In this document: in pieces, positions 28,580 through 38,174 of the stretch
Layout of the letters: every line of letters begins with the position of its first letter
How positions within the stretch are numbered: position 1 is the first letter of the stretch
Source of the DNA: an uncultured Anaeromyxobacteraceae bacterium
GTDB taxonomy: Bacteria > Myxococcota_A > UBA9042 > DTJE01
DNA: 55,332 nt
Assembly (NCBI GenBank): GCA_964573455.1
Contig: CAZNJW010000005.1
Coordinates: 1 to 55,332 of the forward strand
Direction: 5' to 3'
The notes under the pieces: model-generated
What the model was told of the DNA's origin: nothing
What the model saw: the letters and a program-made list of their open reading frames with translations, nothing else
Database searches by the model: none
Position numbers and translations under genes: made by a program

Positions 28580-29848
28580 ATGAGCAGGCTTGAGTTCATG
28601 GACACGGTCGAGGCATCGGTCGGTGCGAAAATAAAGGTCGTCGGCGTGGGAAGCGGCGGCGTGAACGCGGTCAACACCATGATCGCGCGCGGGATCTCCG
28701 GGGTCGAGTACGTTGCGGTCAACACCGATCTTCAGCACCTCAATCAGTCCAGCGCGGACGTCAAGCTGGCGCTCACCGGTTCAACGAGAGGGCAGGGAAC
28801 CGGAGGCGACCCGGTCAAGGGACGCGACGCCGCCCTTCAGCAGCGCCAGGAGATCGTCGACGCGATCAAGGGTGCCCACATGCTCGTGATTCCCACCGGT
28901 CTGGGCGGCGGAACCGGCACCGGCGCGTCCCCGGTAATCGCCGAGATCGCCAGGGAGATGGACATTCTGACCGTGGCGGTCGCGACCATGCCCTTCCAGT
29001 GGGACGGCTACGTCAAGCGCATGCGCGCATACAACGGTCTGCGTGAACTGAAGGAAAAAGTCGACGCCTTCGTGACGATTCCGAACGACAAGATGATGAA
29101 GATGTCCCCCGGACGGCCTTCTCGCGAGGCGCTGCAGGCCTTTGACGGTATCCTTTGCGACGCGGTGGCCGGCGTGGTCGAGCTTGTGACTCGTCCCGGT
29201 TACATCAACCGCGACTTCCAGGATGTGCGCGCCGTGCTGCACAGGTGCGGACAGTGCGTCATCGCGACGGGCGTCGGAGAGGGTGGCGACCGCGCGTTCA
29301 ATGCCGTCATGGCCGCTTTGAACAACCCCCTGCTCGAGGACACTCCGGTCGAGGAGGCCCAGAACATCCTGGTCAATATCGTTCAGGGTCCGAGCGGAAC
29401 CATGGACGAGGTCGGCGTCGTGATGAACCTGGTCAACGAACGCCTTACGATGAACGGGAATATAAGTGGTGGAATGGCGGACGACGACACGCTCGGCGAG
29501 AAGATTAAGGTTACTATCATCGCTTCGGGTATGCCTGAGATCGACGAGGTTCCCCCGCAGCTCCCAAGGTACAAGTCCGAGGAGTCGCCGCTGACCAGAA
29601 GCGGATCGTCCTTCCTTGAGAATGCCACGGTTCAGTCGACGTCGGTCAGGACCCGCAGCCTTTCCGCGATAGATGCGATCAGCATCGGAAGCAGGACGAC
29701 TCAGGAGGAAGTTAACTCGGAAGGCAGGATGATGCTTGGTTCCGTCGGTGGAAGCGAGTTCGAACGCCCAAGCGTGACGCGAGTCGATAGCGGCATGAAG
29801 GCTTTCGGCTACAACCCTGGCAACGGAAACAAGACCGACCTGCGCTGA
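28580..29848 (+). CDS. ftsZ: Cell division protein FtsZ
   Basis: [19 protein letters not shown], tubulin signature [14 protein letters not shown]7 loop [12 protein letters not shown]. Confidence 0.95.
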   Translation: MSRLEFMDTVEASVGAKIKVVGVGSGGVNAVNTMIARGISGVEYVAVNTDLQHLNQSSADVKLALTGSTRGQGTGGDPVKGRDAALQQRQEIVDAIKGAHMLVIPTGLGGGTGTGASPVIAEIAREMDILTVAVATMPFQWDGYVKRMRAYNGLRELKEKVDAFVTIPNDKMMKMSPGRPSREALQAFDGILCDAVAGVVELVTRPGYINRDFQDVRAVLHRCGQCVIATGVGEGGDRAFNAVMAALNNPLLEDTPVEEAQNILVNIVQGPSGTMDEVGVVMNLVNERLTMNGNISGGMADDDTLGEKIKVTIIASGMPEIDEVPPQLPRYKSEESPLTRSGSSFLENATVQSTSVRTRSLSAIDAISIGSRTTQEEVNSEGRMMLGSVGGSEFERPSVTRVDSGMKAFGYNPGNGNKTDLR

Positions 29849-29891
29849 TCCGCCGCCGGAGACAGTACCCCGACGCCCATAGGGGTCTGAC

Positions 29892-31133
29892 TCAGGCCTT
29901 CAACCACGCCGCCTTCATCACGCGCATCGCATTTCCGAAGAGAATCTGGTCGGTTTCCTCGGCGGTGAAGTGCTGCTTCATCGCGTGGATGATCCGATCC
30001 ATCTGATTGGGCTTGAAACAGTCCGAGAAGGGATGCGTCATGCCATCGAAATCGGAACCGATGCCGATAGCCGATATGTCTCCGCATACCTCGCGTATAT
30101 GAAGCATGTTCCGGATGACGTCGGCGATTCCGTCGTTTCCGGAGTAGTACCTGGTCTCGGGGTCCACCAGCCATCTGCGGGACAGGATAAGGCCGACCAC
30201 GCCTCCGAGCGCGTGGACCTGCCGTATTTCCTCGTCGGACACATTGTATTCGTGGTCGAAAAAGTGCTTCAGCCCGACGTGGGACAGGATGACAGGCCGG
30301 TTGTAACCGCGCGCGATCTCATAGACTTTCTGGCGGGCCGCTTCCTGGGTATGAGACAGATCGACGACGAACCCCTGTTTGAACAGTTCGTTGAAGAAGC
30401 CCTCCGCCGCGTGATCCGGGTCGTCCCATGACCAGTCGGCACGGTGCATCTTGAAGAAAGTGGAGTCCCTGACCGCGACAACCCGACCTCGAACCTTTTT
30501 CGGAATGATCTCGGTTGCCTCGGTCTGAGGCGAGTATGGGTTGTCGAAGAAATGCGACGGGCAGATGCAGGCGACTCCGCGCTTTTTCAGCAGAGCGAGT
30601 CTCTTGGAGGTCTTGGCGAGAAGTTCGTCGCGTGGCAGCTTTTCCAGTCCGGAACCAATCGAGTGGGCGCCCTCTATGGCGTGGACGAAGCCGATCTCAT
30701 CGGCCTGCAACCCTTCGACATCGGCGAAGCAGGTACAGATTCGCAACTTGTGCCCGACAATCGGCAGCACAAGGCGGTTGGTCTGTTCAACCGCCACGTT
30801 GAGCGCATCGATCATCTTTTGCAGCGTGCGCCAGGGATCGGCCAGGCGAAGTCCGCCGTAATAGGTTGGCGCGAAGGCCCAGAAGGCGTTCTTCGCGGCG
30901 GTGGTGAAACCGTTCTTCAGAAACTGGTACTCGATGACGTAGTGGGCGTTCATCATCACTTTTACCGGGCTGGCGTTCAGGTTCGCGTAGCGTGTCCTGA
31001 ACTCGAACGGATTGAAGTGAGGCCCGGAGTAGTAGGGCGCGGTGTGGAACGTCCTGGAGATCCAGGGAAGGTAGTGGATTCGAAGGCTCGGGTGAGCGTG
31101 AAGGTCAAAGATTCTGTCTGGTGAATTGTTCAT
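29892..31133 (-). CDS. Membrane dipeptidase family (peptidase M19, amidohydrolase fold)
   Basis: DLHAH, IEGAH, VDLSH, ILSHVG, IGSDFDG. Confidence 0.85.
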   Translation of the reverse strand: MNNSPDRIFDLHAHPSLRIHYLPWISRTFHTAPYYSGPHFNPFEFRTRYANLNASPVKVMMNAHYVIEYQFLKNGFTTAAKNAFWAFAPTYYGGLRLADPWRTLQKMIDALNVAVEQTNRLVLPIVGHKLRICTCFADVEGLQADEIGFVHAIEGAHSIGSGLEKLPRDELLAKTSKRLALLKKRGVACICPSHFFDNPYSPQTEATEIIPKKVRGRVVAVRDSTFFKMHRADWSWDDPDHAAEGFFNELFKQGFVVDLSHTQEAARQKVYEIARGYNRPVILSHVGLKHFFDHEYNVSDEEIRQVHALGGVVGLILSRRWLVDPETRYYSGNDGIADVIRNMLHIREVCGDISAIGIGSDFDGMTHPFSDCFKPNQMDRIIHAMKQHFTAEETDQILFGNAMRVMKAAWLKA

Positions 31134-31910
31134 TTATTCCTGTGGGACGGCCGTATCCGTAATCGCAAAACTCAGCGTCTGCTGCAGACCGGTCAGCTGC
31201 TCGGTGAGAACGACCGTCACGTTTCCGGGCTTGACGAACATGATGTTCAGCGGAGTGGCGCTGCCCCAGACGCCGTTTTCATATACAGCGTCAAGGTTGA
31301 ACACGTCAACAACCGCGTCGGCCGGAACCGCCGTGTAGTCCAGGCTGATATCCCCGACCAGCGTGTTCCCGTCAGCGTCCACCGGCTTTCCAATGAACGT
31401 TGCCTGGGAGTACAGCGGGACTTGAACCGGTGTTTCATTGTTCCGGTCGAACTGATCGGCGTCGGGTTCACGGATGAAGGTGATGACGTCTATGCCCTCG
31501 GCGTCGACAAGATTCAGCACAATGTAGTCAATCAGCGTGGTTCCCAGCCATGACTGAAGGGTGTATTCACCCGCCACCGTGACCGTTAGCACAGCGTCAC
31601 CGACTGAACCGGAGGCCTCGTCCGTGTTGATAGTCACACCTTCGGATGGCGCCAGGATATGTGTGATTTCTGACGGATCGCTGATTTCGGCGTCCTTTGA
31701 CGGGGTGACGTTGATGCGGTGCACGACGTTCGTAATCAGGTTTACGTCCTCAAGCGAACCCTCGACGACGGCATAGTCGGTGTGCAGCGAGTAAACCAGC
31801 TTGCCGAGGTTGCCCTGGTTCGACACGACATCGCCGCAACCGGCGGCTGTCGCGGTCATGACCAGCGCGAGCATGACGGTCATGTTCAGGTTCCAGCGGT
31901 TTGATTTCAT
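31134..31910 (-). CDS. Hypothetical lipoprotein
   Basis: MKSNRWNLNMTVMLALVMTATAAGC signal/lipobox; beta-rich mature part; stop abuts the dipeptidase start (TAAATG). Confidence 0.7.
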   Translation of the reverse strand: MKSNRWNLNMTVMLALVMTATAAGCGDVVSNQGNLGKLVYSLHTDYAVVEGSLEDVNLITNVVHRINVTPSKDAEISDPSEITHILAPSEGVTINTDEASGSVGDAVLTVTVAGEYTLQSWLGTTLIDYIVLNLVDAEGIDVITFIREPDADQFDRNNETPVQVPLYSQATFIGKPVDADGNTLVGDISLDYTAVPADAVVDVFNLDAVYENGVWGSATPLNIMFVKPGNVTVVLTEQLTGLQQTLSFAITDTAVPQE

Positions 31911-32046
31911 GACGTTTTCCCTCAATACGGTGATGTATGCCGGGTCGACTCGTGCCGAGATTCGCCCGGTGGATGCACCATTATCGTGATCAATCGCTAC
32001 ATATTTCAAGAGAACTGCAGACGCGACCCGATAACGATGCCGCTGC

Positions 32047-33273
32047 TCAACGGTATTTCTCCTGGATGAAAACGTTGATATCGCGGCGCGGTCCATTGGT
32101 TGCCGTGTCCCAGTAGGGCGATATCTGGCGGAGTCTGGAAATGACCTCGGGAACGACCTCGATCACCTTGTCGATTTCCTGATCCGTCGTGTACATCGAG
32201 GTGCTGATACGCAGGCTGCCATGTGCGGCAGTGAAAGGCACATCCATCGCCTTGAGCACGTGCGACGGGTCGAGAGAACCGCTGGTGCACGCGGAACCGG
32301 AGGACACGCAGATACCGTAGTCATTGAGCGCGAGCAGGATGGATTCACCCTCGACGAACTCGAACGCGATGTTGGTCGTGTTCGGAAGCCTGGGGGCGCC
32401 CTCGCCGTTAATGAACAGGTTGGGAACCTTCGCCTTGATCGATGCCTCAAGGCGATCACGCATGCGCAATGCCCTGGTCGGATCGTCGTGCGCCATCAGC
32501 AGTCTGGCCGCCGTTCCAAGACCGACGACCGACGCGACGTTTTCTGTGCCGGCGCGACGGCCACGTTCCTGGTGGCCGCCAAGCATCCAGGGGCGCCATC
32601 TGGCCCCACGCCTGACGAACATGGCCCCGACTCCCTTGGGTGCGTGAATCTTGTGGCCGGACAGGGTCAGCAGGTCCACGTCCCGGAGGTCGTCTTGAAG
32701 ATTGATGCGCATTTTGCCCGCGGTCTGAGTCGCGTCAGTGTGGAAAACAACCTGTGAATCGACTTTTTTTGTCAGGGTGGCAAGGTTTCCAACAGGGAAG
32801 ATCACGCCGGTTTCATTGTTGGCGTGCATGATCGACACCACGGCGGTGTCATCCGCGATCGCCCTTACCAGGTCGGCCGCGTCCAGTCTGCCGTGACGAT
32901 CGACCGGAAGGTAGGTCGCCCGGTAACCCTGACGCTCCAGTTCCCGGACCACCTCAAGGACGGCCGGGTGTTCAACAACGGTCGTGATGATGTGGCGACG
33001 ATCGGGGTTGGCCCGCAAGGCGCCCAGGATCGCGGAGTTGTTGCCCTCGGTCGCGCAGCCGTTGAAGATGACCTCGGATTTGCTGCCGGCGCCCAGCAGC
33101 CTGGCGACGCTTTCCCTGGACGCCTCGATCGCGGCGGCGGCCTCCTTGGCCTGCGGGTATGTGGAGCTGGGGTTGAAGTACTGTTCCCGAAGGAACGGCA
33201 TCATCGATTCAATGACTTCCGGAGCAATAGCCGTAGTGGCGTTGTTGTCGAGATAGATCAGCTTATCATCCAT
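32047..33273 (-). CDS. nifS: Cysteine desulfurase NifS/IscS
   Basis: IYLDNNATT, MHANNETG, HTDATQ, SGHKIH (PLP Lys), RAGTEN, SSGSACTSG (catalytic Cys). Confidence 0.95.
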   Translation of the reverse strand: MDDKLIYLDNNATTAIAPEVIESMMPFLREQYFNPSSTYPQAKEAAAAIEASRESVARLLGAGSKSEVIFNGCATEGNNSAILGALRANPDRRHIITTVVEHPAVLEVVRELERQGYRATYLPVDRHGRLDAADLVRAIADDTAVVSIMHANNETGVIFPVGNLATLTKKVDSQVVFHTDATQTAGKMRINLQDDLRDVDLLTLSGHKIHAPKGVGAMFVRRGARWRPWMLGGHQERGRRAGTENVASVVGLGTAARLLMAHDDPTRALRMRDRLEASIKAKVPNLFINGEGAPRLPNTTNIAFEFVEGESILLALNDYGICVSSGSACTSGSLDPSHVLKAMDVPFTAAHGSLRISTSMYTTDQEIDKVIEVVPEVISRLRQISPYWDTATNGPRRDINVFIQEKYR

Positions 33274-33291
33274 TTCTCACTCCCCGGTGTT

Positions 33292-34233
33292 TCAAATCGA
33301 GATGATCTCGAGTTCGGCGTCGACCTTGGAGCGCAGAGAATCCTCGACCACCAGTCTCAGAGTCTGCGGGGCGCCGCTGCAACCCTGACAACCGCCGAGC
33401 AGACGGCAGAACACCTTCTTGCCGCGGATCTCGACTATCTCGATATCGCCCCCCTGCTTCTGCAGACGCGGCCGGATGTCGCTTTCGACCACCCGATCGA
33501 TCTCCCTGGAAAGCTGGAAGGGCGTGCGCTGCATCGAAGAACTGGTGGGCGGAAGAGGCTGCGGAGTCATGTTCGACTGATCCTGCCGGCCCCATATGTC
33601 ATCGAGAATGTCCTGCAGACCGCCCGGTTCATGGTGGCAGGCCGTGCAGGCGCCGCCCGCCTTGATTGCGTTGGTGATGTCGGCGATTGAGTGAAGGTTC
33701 AGTTCGCGGACCTTCCGCCGGATGAAAGGCTCGGTCAGATTGAAGCATCTGCAGACGATCCTGCCTTCGTCATCCTTCTGGATCGTCGTGTCGAGTCCGA
33801 GTTCCTCGAGGGGAACGCCGCGTTTGGCAGCCCAGTCGGCAACCGCCGCCTGAAGCGCCTCGGCGCCCATCACCGAGCAATGGAGCTTCTGAGCCGGCAG
33901 ACCGTCCAGATAGTCCACTATGTCGGCGTTGGTGATCTTCAGTGCCTCGATTGGGGTCAGACCCTTTTCTTCAATCAGGGCGCAGAGCGCCTCGGACGAC
34001 GCGATGGCAGAGGTGCAGCCGAATGTCCGGTACCTGGCTTGAACGATGCGGTCAAGTCGCGGATCCTGGTTCCTGTCGACCTTGAACGCGAATTCGAGTG
34101 CGTCACCGCACGAGAGTGAACCGTGCGAACCTATCCCGTCCGGGTCTTCGATTGCACCCATGTGGGTACCTGCCTTCGAGGCCATCGCGTCCCGGAACAG
34201 CTGAAGTACTTTTTCCGAATAATCCCAAGGCAT
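33292..34233 (-). CDS. nifU: Fe-S cluster assembly scaffold NifU (IscU + BFD-like 2Fe-2S + NFU domains)
   Basis: SCGDAL, FGCTSAIAS, KLHCSVM; VCRCF...GGACTACH; C-terminal QGGDIE...GCQGC. Confidence 0.93.
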   Translation of the reverse strand: MPWDYSEKVLQLFRDAMASKAGTHMGAIEDPDGIGSHGSLSCGDALEFAFKVDRNQDPRLDRIVQARYRTFGCTSAIASSEALCALIEEKGLTPIEALKITNADIVDYLDGLPAQKLHCSVMGAEALQAAVADWAAKRGVPLEELGLDTTIQKDDEGRIVCRCFNLTEPFIRRKVRELNLHSIADITNAIKAGGACTACHHEPGGLQDILDDIWGRQDQSNMTPQPLPPTSSSMQRTPFQLSREIDRVVESDIRPRLQKQGGDIEIVEIRGKKVFCRLLGGCQGCSGAPQTLRLVVEDSLRSKVDAELEIISI

Positions 34234-34395
34234 TTTTCAAATTCCTTCAGTCTGGATGCGGCCGTCCGTGGCCGTTCCTCATTCTCAGGTAAAATAAGTC
34301 CGAATTACGGGCGTGTCAATGACGCCGTCCGTCACCTTAACGAAAATGGAATTCTGGATTAAAATCTGCCGGCCTTTGTGGAGAGTGAAGTTTTG

Positions 34396-35355
34396 ATGTC
34401 GGATTCAATTGGTACTGTCGGCCTGTGGGTCGGATTCCTGGTCTTCGTGGTGCTGATGCTGGCAGTCGATCTTGGTCTGTTCAACCGCAAGGCACATAAG
34501 ATAGGAATGCGTGAAGCCGGGCTGTGGACCGTCGTCTGGATCTCCCTGGCCCTGATTTTCAACGTAGGGATCTATCACTGGTTCGGAACCCAGCACGCGC
34601 TCGAGTTCTTCACGGGATATCTGATGGAGAAGGCATTGTCGATGGACAACCTCTTCGTCTTTCTCGTGTTGTTCAATTTCTTTGGAGTTCCGCCACAGTA
34701 CCAGCATCGGGTCCTGTTCTTCGGGATTCTCGGCGCGCTGATAATGAGGGCGATCTTCATCTTCCTCGGCGTGGCGATCATCGAGATCTTCCACCCGATC
34801 ATGTACGTCTTCGGCGCGTTCCTTCTGTTCACCGGCATCAAACTGGCCCTGTCGAAGGGCGAGCAGGTTCACCCCGAGAAGAACCTGATGCTCAGGATAT
34901 TCAGGAAGCTGGTGCCATCGGTGCCGGACTATCACCACGAGCATTTTGTCGTCAGGATTGATCATCGTTGGTACGCCACCCCGCTGCTTGCGGTTCTGGT
35001 CGTGATCGAGGCGACCGACGTGCTGTTCGCCGTTGACTCGATTCCCGCGGTGTTCGGTATCACGCGTGACCCGTTCATCGTTTTCACCTCCAACATCTTT
35101 GCGATTCTCGGCCTTCGCGCGCTGTACTTCCTGCTGGCCGGCATCGTCGAGAAGTTCCGTTACCTGAAGTACGGCCTGGGAGTGATCCTGGCCTTCGTCG
35201 GAGTCAAGATGCTGGTCGAGGATCTGCTGTCCAGTATCGGCCGCGAGATTCCGATCGCCATGTCACTGGGGGTGATCGCCGGAGTCCTGGGCCTGTCAAT
35301 CGCGCTGTCCATGGTCATCCCCGACAAGTCCGCCGATGGTGGCAAGACCCCGTAG
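34396..35355 (+). CDS. TerC/Alx family integral membrane protein
   Basis: GYLMEKALSMDNLFVF, IEATDVLFAVDSIPA, FTSNIFAILGLRALYF, GVKML. Confidence 0.93.
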   Translation: MSDSIGTVGLWVGFLVFVVLMLAVDLGLFNRKAHKIGMREAGLWTVVWISLALIFNVGIYHWFGTQHALEFFTGYLMEKALSMDNLFVFLVLFNFFGVPPQYQHRVLFFGILGALIMRAIFIFLGVAIIEIFHPIMYVFGAFLLFTGIKLALSKGEQVHPEKNLMLRIFRKLVPSVPDYHHEHFVVRIDHRWYATPLLAVLVVIEATDVLFAVDSIPAVFGITRDPFIVFTSNIFAILGLRALYFLLAGIVEKFRYLKYGLGVILAFVGVKMLVEDLLSSIGREIPIAMSLGVIAGVLGLSIALSMVIPDKSADGGKTP

Positions 35356-35541
35356 GTCATTCGGTCCTCTCTTGATTGTTCAATTCTTTCATGGATAATA
35401 GGGCATTGAAGTCAAAGACTCCTTCCCGTTTCCGACGGGGCAGGGGACAGCGTAGCGGCCTTCGTGTCGTTACGTTGTGCCGTGTCTCCATCACGGCACC
35501 TTTCACGTCGTCGATCTATGTCGGCGACGTCTGGGGTGGTC

Positions 35542-38151
35542 ATGAAAGAAGAATTCGGTGGTTCCAACAGGTCGTCCATTGAGGCGAGGGGCGCCCGTCT
35601 GACGTCTATGGACGTGCGCGGGCTGGATGGCATAAGCGAGTCCGAAGCAGCTGCCAGACTGTCAGCCGAGGGTTTCAACGAGATCCGCTCGTCGAAGGGC
35701 GGTGGGCTGGTGGCAACCATCCTGGATGTGGTGCGCGAGCCGATGTTCCTGATGCTGGTCGCGGCCGGTCTGCTTTACCTTTTCATGGGTGAGTTGGCCG
35801 ATGCTCTGATGCTGATGGGATTCGTGGTCGTGGTGATGGCCATCACGATCGTTCAGGAACGCCGCACCGAGCACGCGCTTGATGCGTTGCGGGATCTCTC
35901 CAGTCCCAGGGCACTGGTCATCCGTGACGGCGAGCGGCACCGCATCCCCGGTCGCGAGGTCGTGCGCGGTGACTTGATCGTACTTTCCGAGGGCGACAGA
36001 GTCCCCGCCGATGCCATTTTGCGGCGTGGGATCAATCTGACCATCGACGAGTCGATCCTGACTGGCGAGTCCGTACCTGTTCGCAAGGTGGCGTCGGACG
36101 ATGCTGCGTCCCTGGACCGTCCCGGTGGCGACGACATTCCGTCGGTCTATTCGGGCACCCTGGTGACCTCCGGGCAGGGCATTGCGCAGGTTGTGGCAAC
36201 CGGCGGTTCCACCGAATTCGGCCGAATCGGGCGTTCGCTGAGCGGCGTCGGCATCGAGTCGACCCCGCTACAGAAAGAAACAGGACGCCTGGTCAAGACA
36301 TTCGCGATCATAGGTATCAGCGCTTGCACGATAGTCGTGGTGGCGTATGCCCTGACACGCGGCGGTACCGCGGAATCCTGGAAGAACGGGATGCTCGCTG
36401 GTATCGCGATGGCCATGGCGACTCTGCCAGAAGAGATACCGGTCATTTTGACGGTGTTCCTGGCGCTGGGCGCCTGGCGTATCTCACACAAGAACGTTCT
36501 TACCCGACGGATGCCCGCTGTCGAGACTCTTGGCGCCGCGACAGTCCTGTGCGTTGATAAGACCGGAACCCTGACCTGCAACAGGATGTCGTTGCGGGTA
36601 CTTGGTGTTCCGGATCGCGAGATCGGTCTTGATGAAACCACGGATGTGCTTCCCGAGGACGTTCATCGTCTGGTCGAGAACGCCATCCTGGCCAGCCGTC
36701 GCGAAGCGTTCGATCCGATGGAGCGGGCTTTGCACGAGGTGGGAAACCGATTCCTCGGCGATACTGAACACCTCCATCCGGACTGGACTTTAGTGCGCGA
36801 GTACCCTTTGTCGCCTGAACTGTCAGCCGTCAGTCAAGCCTGGCGGCGCACGGACGGGTCGATGGTGGTTTCCTCGAAGGGGGCGCCCGAGGCGATCGCC
36901 GATCTGTGCCATGCCAGCGATGCCGAGTGCATGCAGATTGCCGACCGCGCGCGCGAACTCGCGTCCAGGGGACTGAGGGTTCTGGCCGTGGCCGAGGCGG
37001 TGTCCGGCATGCGTGAACTGCCTGTGAATCATCACGACCTGGAACTGCGGTACGTCGGGTTGCTGGGCTTCGAGGATCCGCTCAGGAACGACGTTCCGCC
37101 GGCCGTACAGGACTGCCACACCGCTGGTGTCAGGTTGATCATGATCACCGGCGACTATCCGGCCACCGCGATGGCGGTTGCCCGAAAGGCGGGAATTGCC
37201 ACCGATGGCGGCGTGATCACGGGACCTGAACTGGAAAGGATGAGCGACGACGAACTGGCCGCACGAATCTCGGACGTCCAGGTGTTTGCCCGTGTCGTCC
37301 CGGAACAGAAGCTGCGCATCGTCAAGGCTTTGAAGGCGCGCGGCGAGGTGGTCGCGATGACCGGCGACGGCGTCAACGACGCTCCGGCCCTGAAGGCGGC
37401 GCACATCGGTATTGCCATGGGCGGTCGCGGCACGGACGTCGCGCGCGAGGCCGCGGATCTGGTCCTGACCAACGACAACTTCTCGTCCATAGTCGACGCC
37501 GTTCGCGTTGGTCGCCGGGTTTACGACAATATCCGCAAGGCGATCTCTTTCGTCGTTGCCGTGCATATTCCGATCATAGGATTGTCAATGATTCCGGTGT
37601 TTTTCGGTTCGTGGCCGTTGCTGCTGCTTCCGATCCACGTCGTTTTCCTTGAATTGATCATCGATCCGTCCTGCTCGCTGGTCTTCGAGGCCGAGGAGCC
37701 GGAGTCGGATGTCATGCGACGCCCACCTCGTGGCACCAGTGATCGCCTTTTCTCGGCCGGTTCACTCGGCTGGGCGGCGCTTCAGGGTTTGAGCGTGCTG
37801 CTGGTGTGTCTTGGCGTCTGGATTGTGTCCTCCGCCACTCACGACGAGGACGCGGCACGTGCCTTGACGTTCGCCACGATGGTCGTTTCTTTCCTGACTG
37901 TCATCATGGTCAATCGATCCTGGTCACGAACGATGTGGACCATGCTGAAAGAGCCGAACAAGGCGCTGTTATGGGTTGTTCTGGGTACGGCAGTGATGCT
38001 TCCAGTAGTGATCTTTGTTCCGTTCGCGCAGGGCCTTTTCCACTTCAAGACACCGCACATGCCTGATGCGCTGCTATGCATCGCTGCTGGAATCATCAGC
38101 GTCATGTGGTTCGACCTGGTTAAGCTGTTCCGGCGGCCCGCGGTTAAATAG
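35542..38151 (+). CDS. Cation-transporting P-type ATPase (P2-type, Ca2+/Mn2+-like)
   Basis: TGES, PEEIP (TM4), DKTGTLT, KGAPE, MITGD, TGDGVNDAPAL. Start uncertain (35542 or 35608). Confidence 0.93.
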   Translation: MKEEFGGSNRSSIEARGARLTSMDVRGLDGISESEAAARLSAEGFNEIRSSKGGGLVATILDVVREPMFLMLVAAGLLYLFMGELADALMLMGFVVVVMAITIVQERRTEHALDALRDLSSPRALVIRDGERHRIPGREVVRGDLIVLSEGDRVPADAILRRGINLTIDESILTGESVPVRKVASDDAASLDRPGGDDIPSVYSGTLVTSGQGIAQVVATGGSTEFGRIGRSLSGVGIESTPLQKETGRLVKTFAIIGISACTIVVVAYALTRGGTAESWKNGMLAGIAMAMATLPEEIPVILTVFLALGAWRISHKNVLTRRMPAVETLGAATVLCVDKTGTLTCNRMSLRVLGVPDREIGLDETTDVLPEDVHRLVENAILASRREAFDPMERALHEVGNRFLGDTEHLHPDWTLVREYPLSPELSAVSQAWRRTDGSMVVSSKGAPEAIADLCHASDAECMQIADRARELASRGLRVLAVAEAVSGMRELPVNHHDLELRYVGLLGFEDPLRNDVPPAVQDCHTAGVRLIMITGDYPATAMAVARKAGIATDGGVITGPELERMSDDELAARISDVQVFARVVPEQKLRIVKALKARGEVVAMTGDGVNDAPALKAAHIGIAMGGRGTDVAREAADLVLTNDNFSSIVDAVRVGRRVYDNIRKAISFVVAVHIPIIGLSMIPVFFGSWPLLLLPIHVVFLELIIDPSCSLVFEAEEPESDVMRRPPRGTSDRLFSAGSLGWAALQGLSVLLVCLGVWIVSSATHDEDAARALTFATMVVSFLTVIMVNRSWSRTMWTMLKEPNKALLWVVLGTAVMLPVVIFVPFAQGLFHFKTPHMPDALLCIAAGIISVMWFDLVKLFRRPAVK

Positions 38152-38174
38152 CAGGCCACGGGACGCACAGGCGG

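Noticed and set aside
34234-34395. yybP-ykoY Mn riboswitch upstream of terC
   Set aside because: No recognisable consensus (e.g. GGGGAGUAG-type P1/L1); short divergent promoter region.
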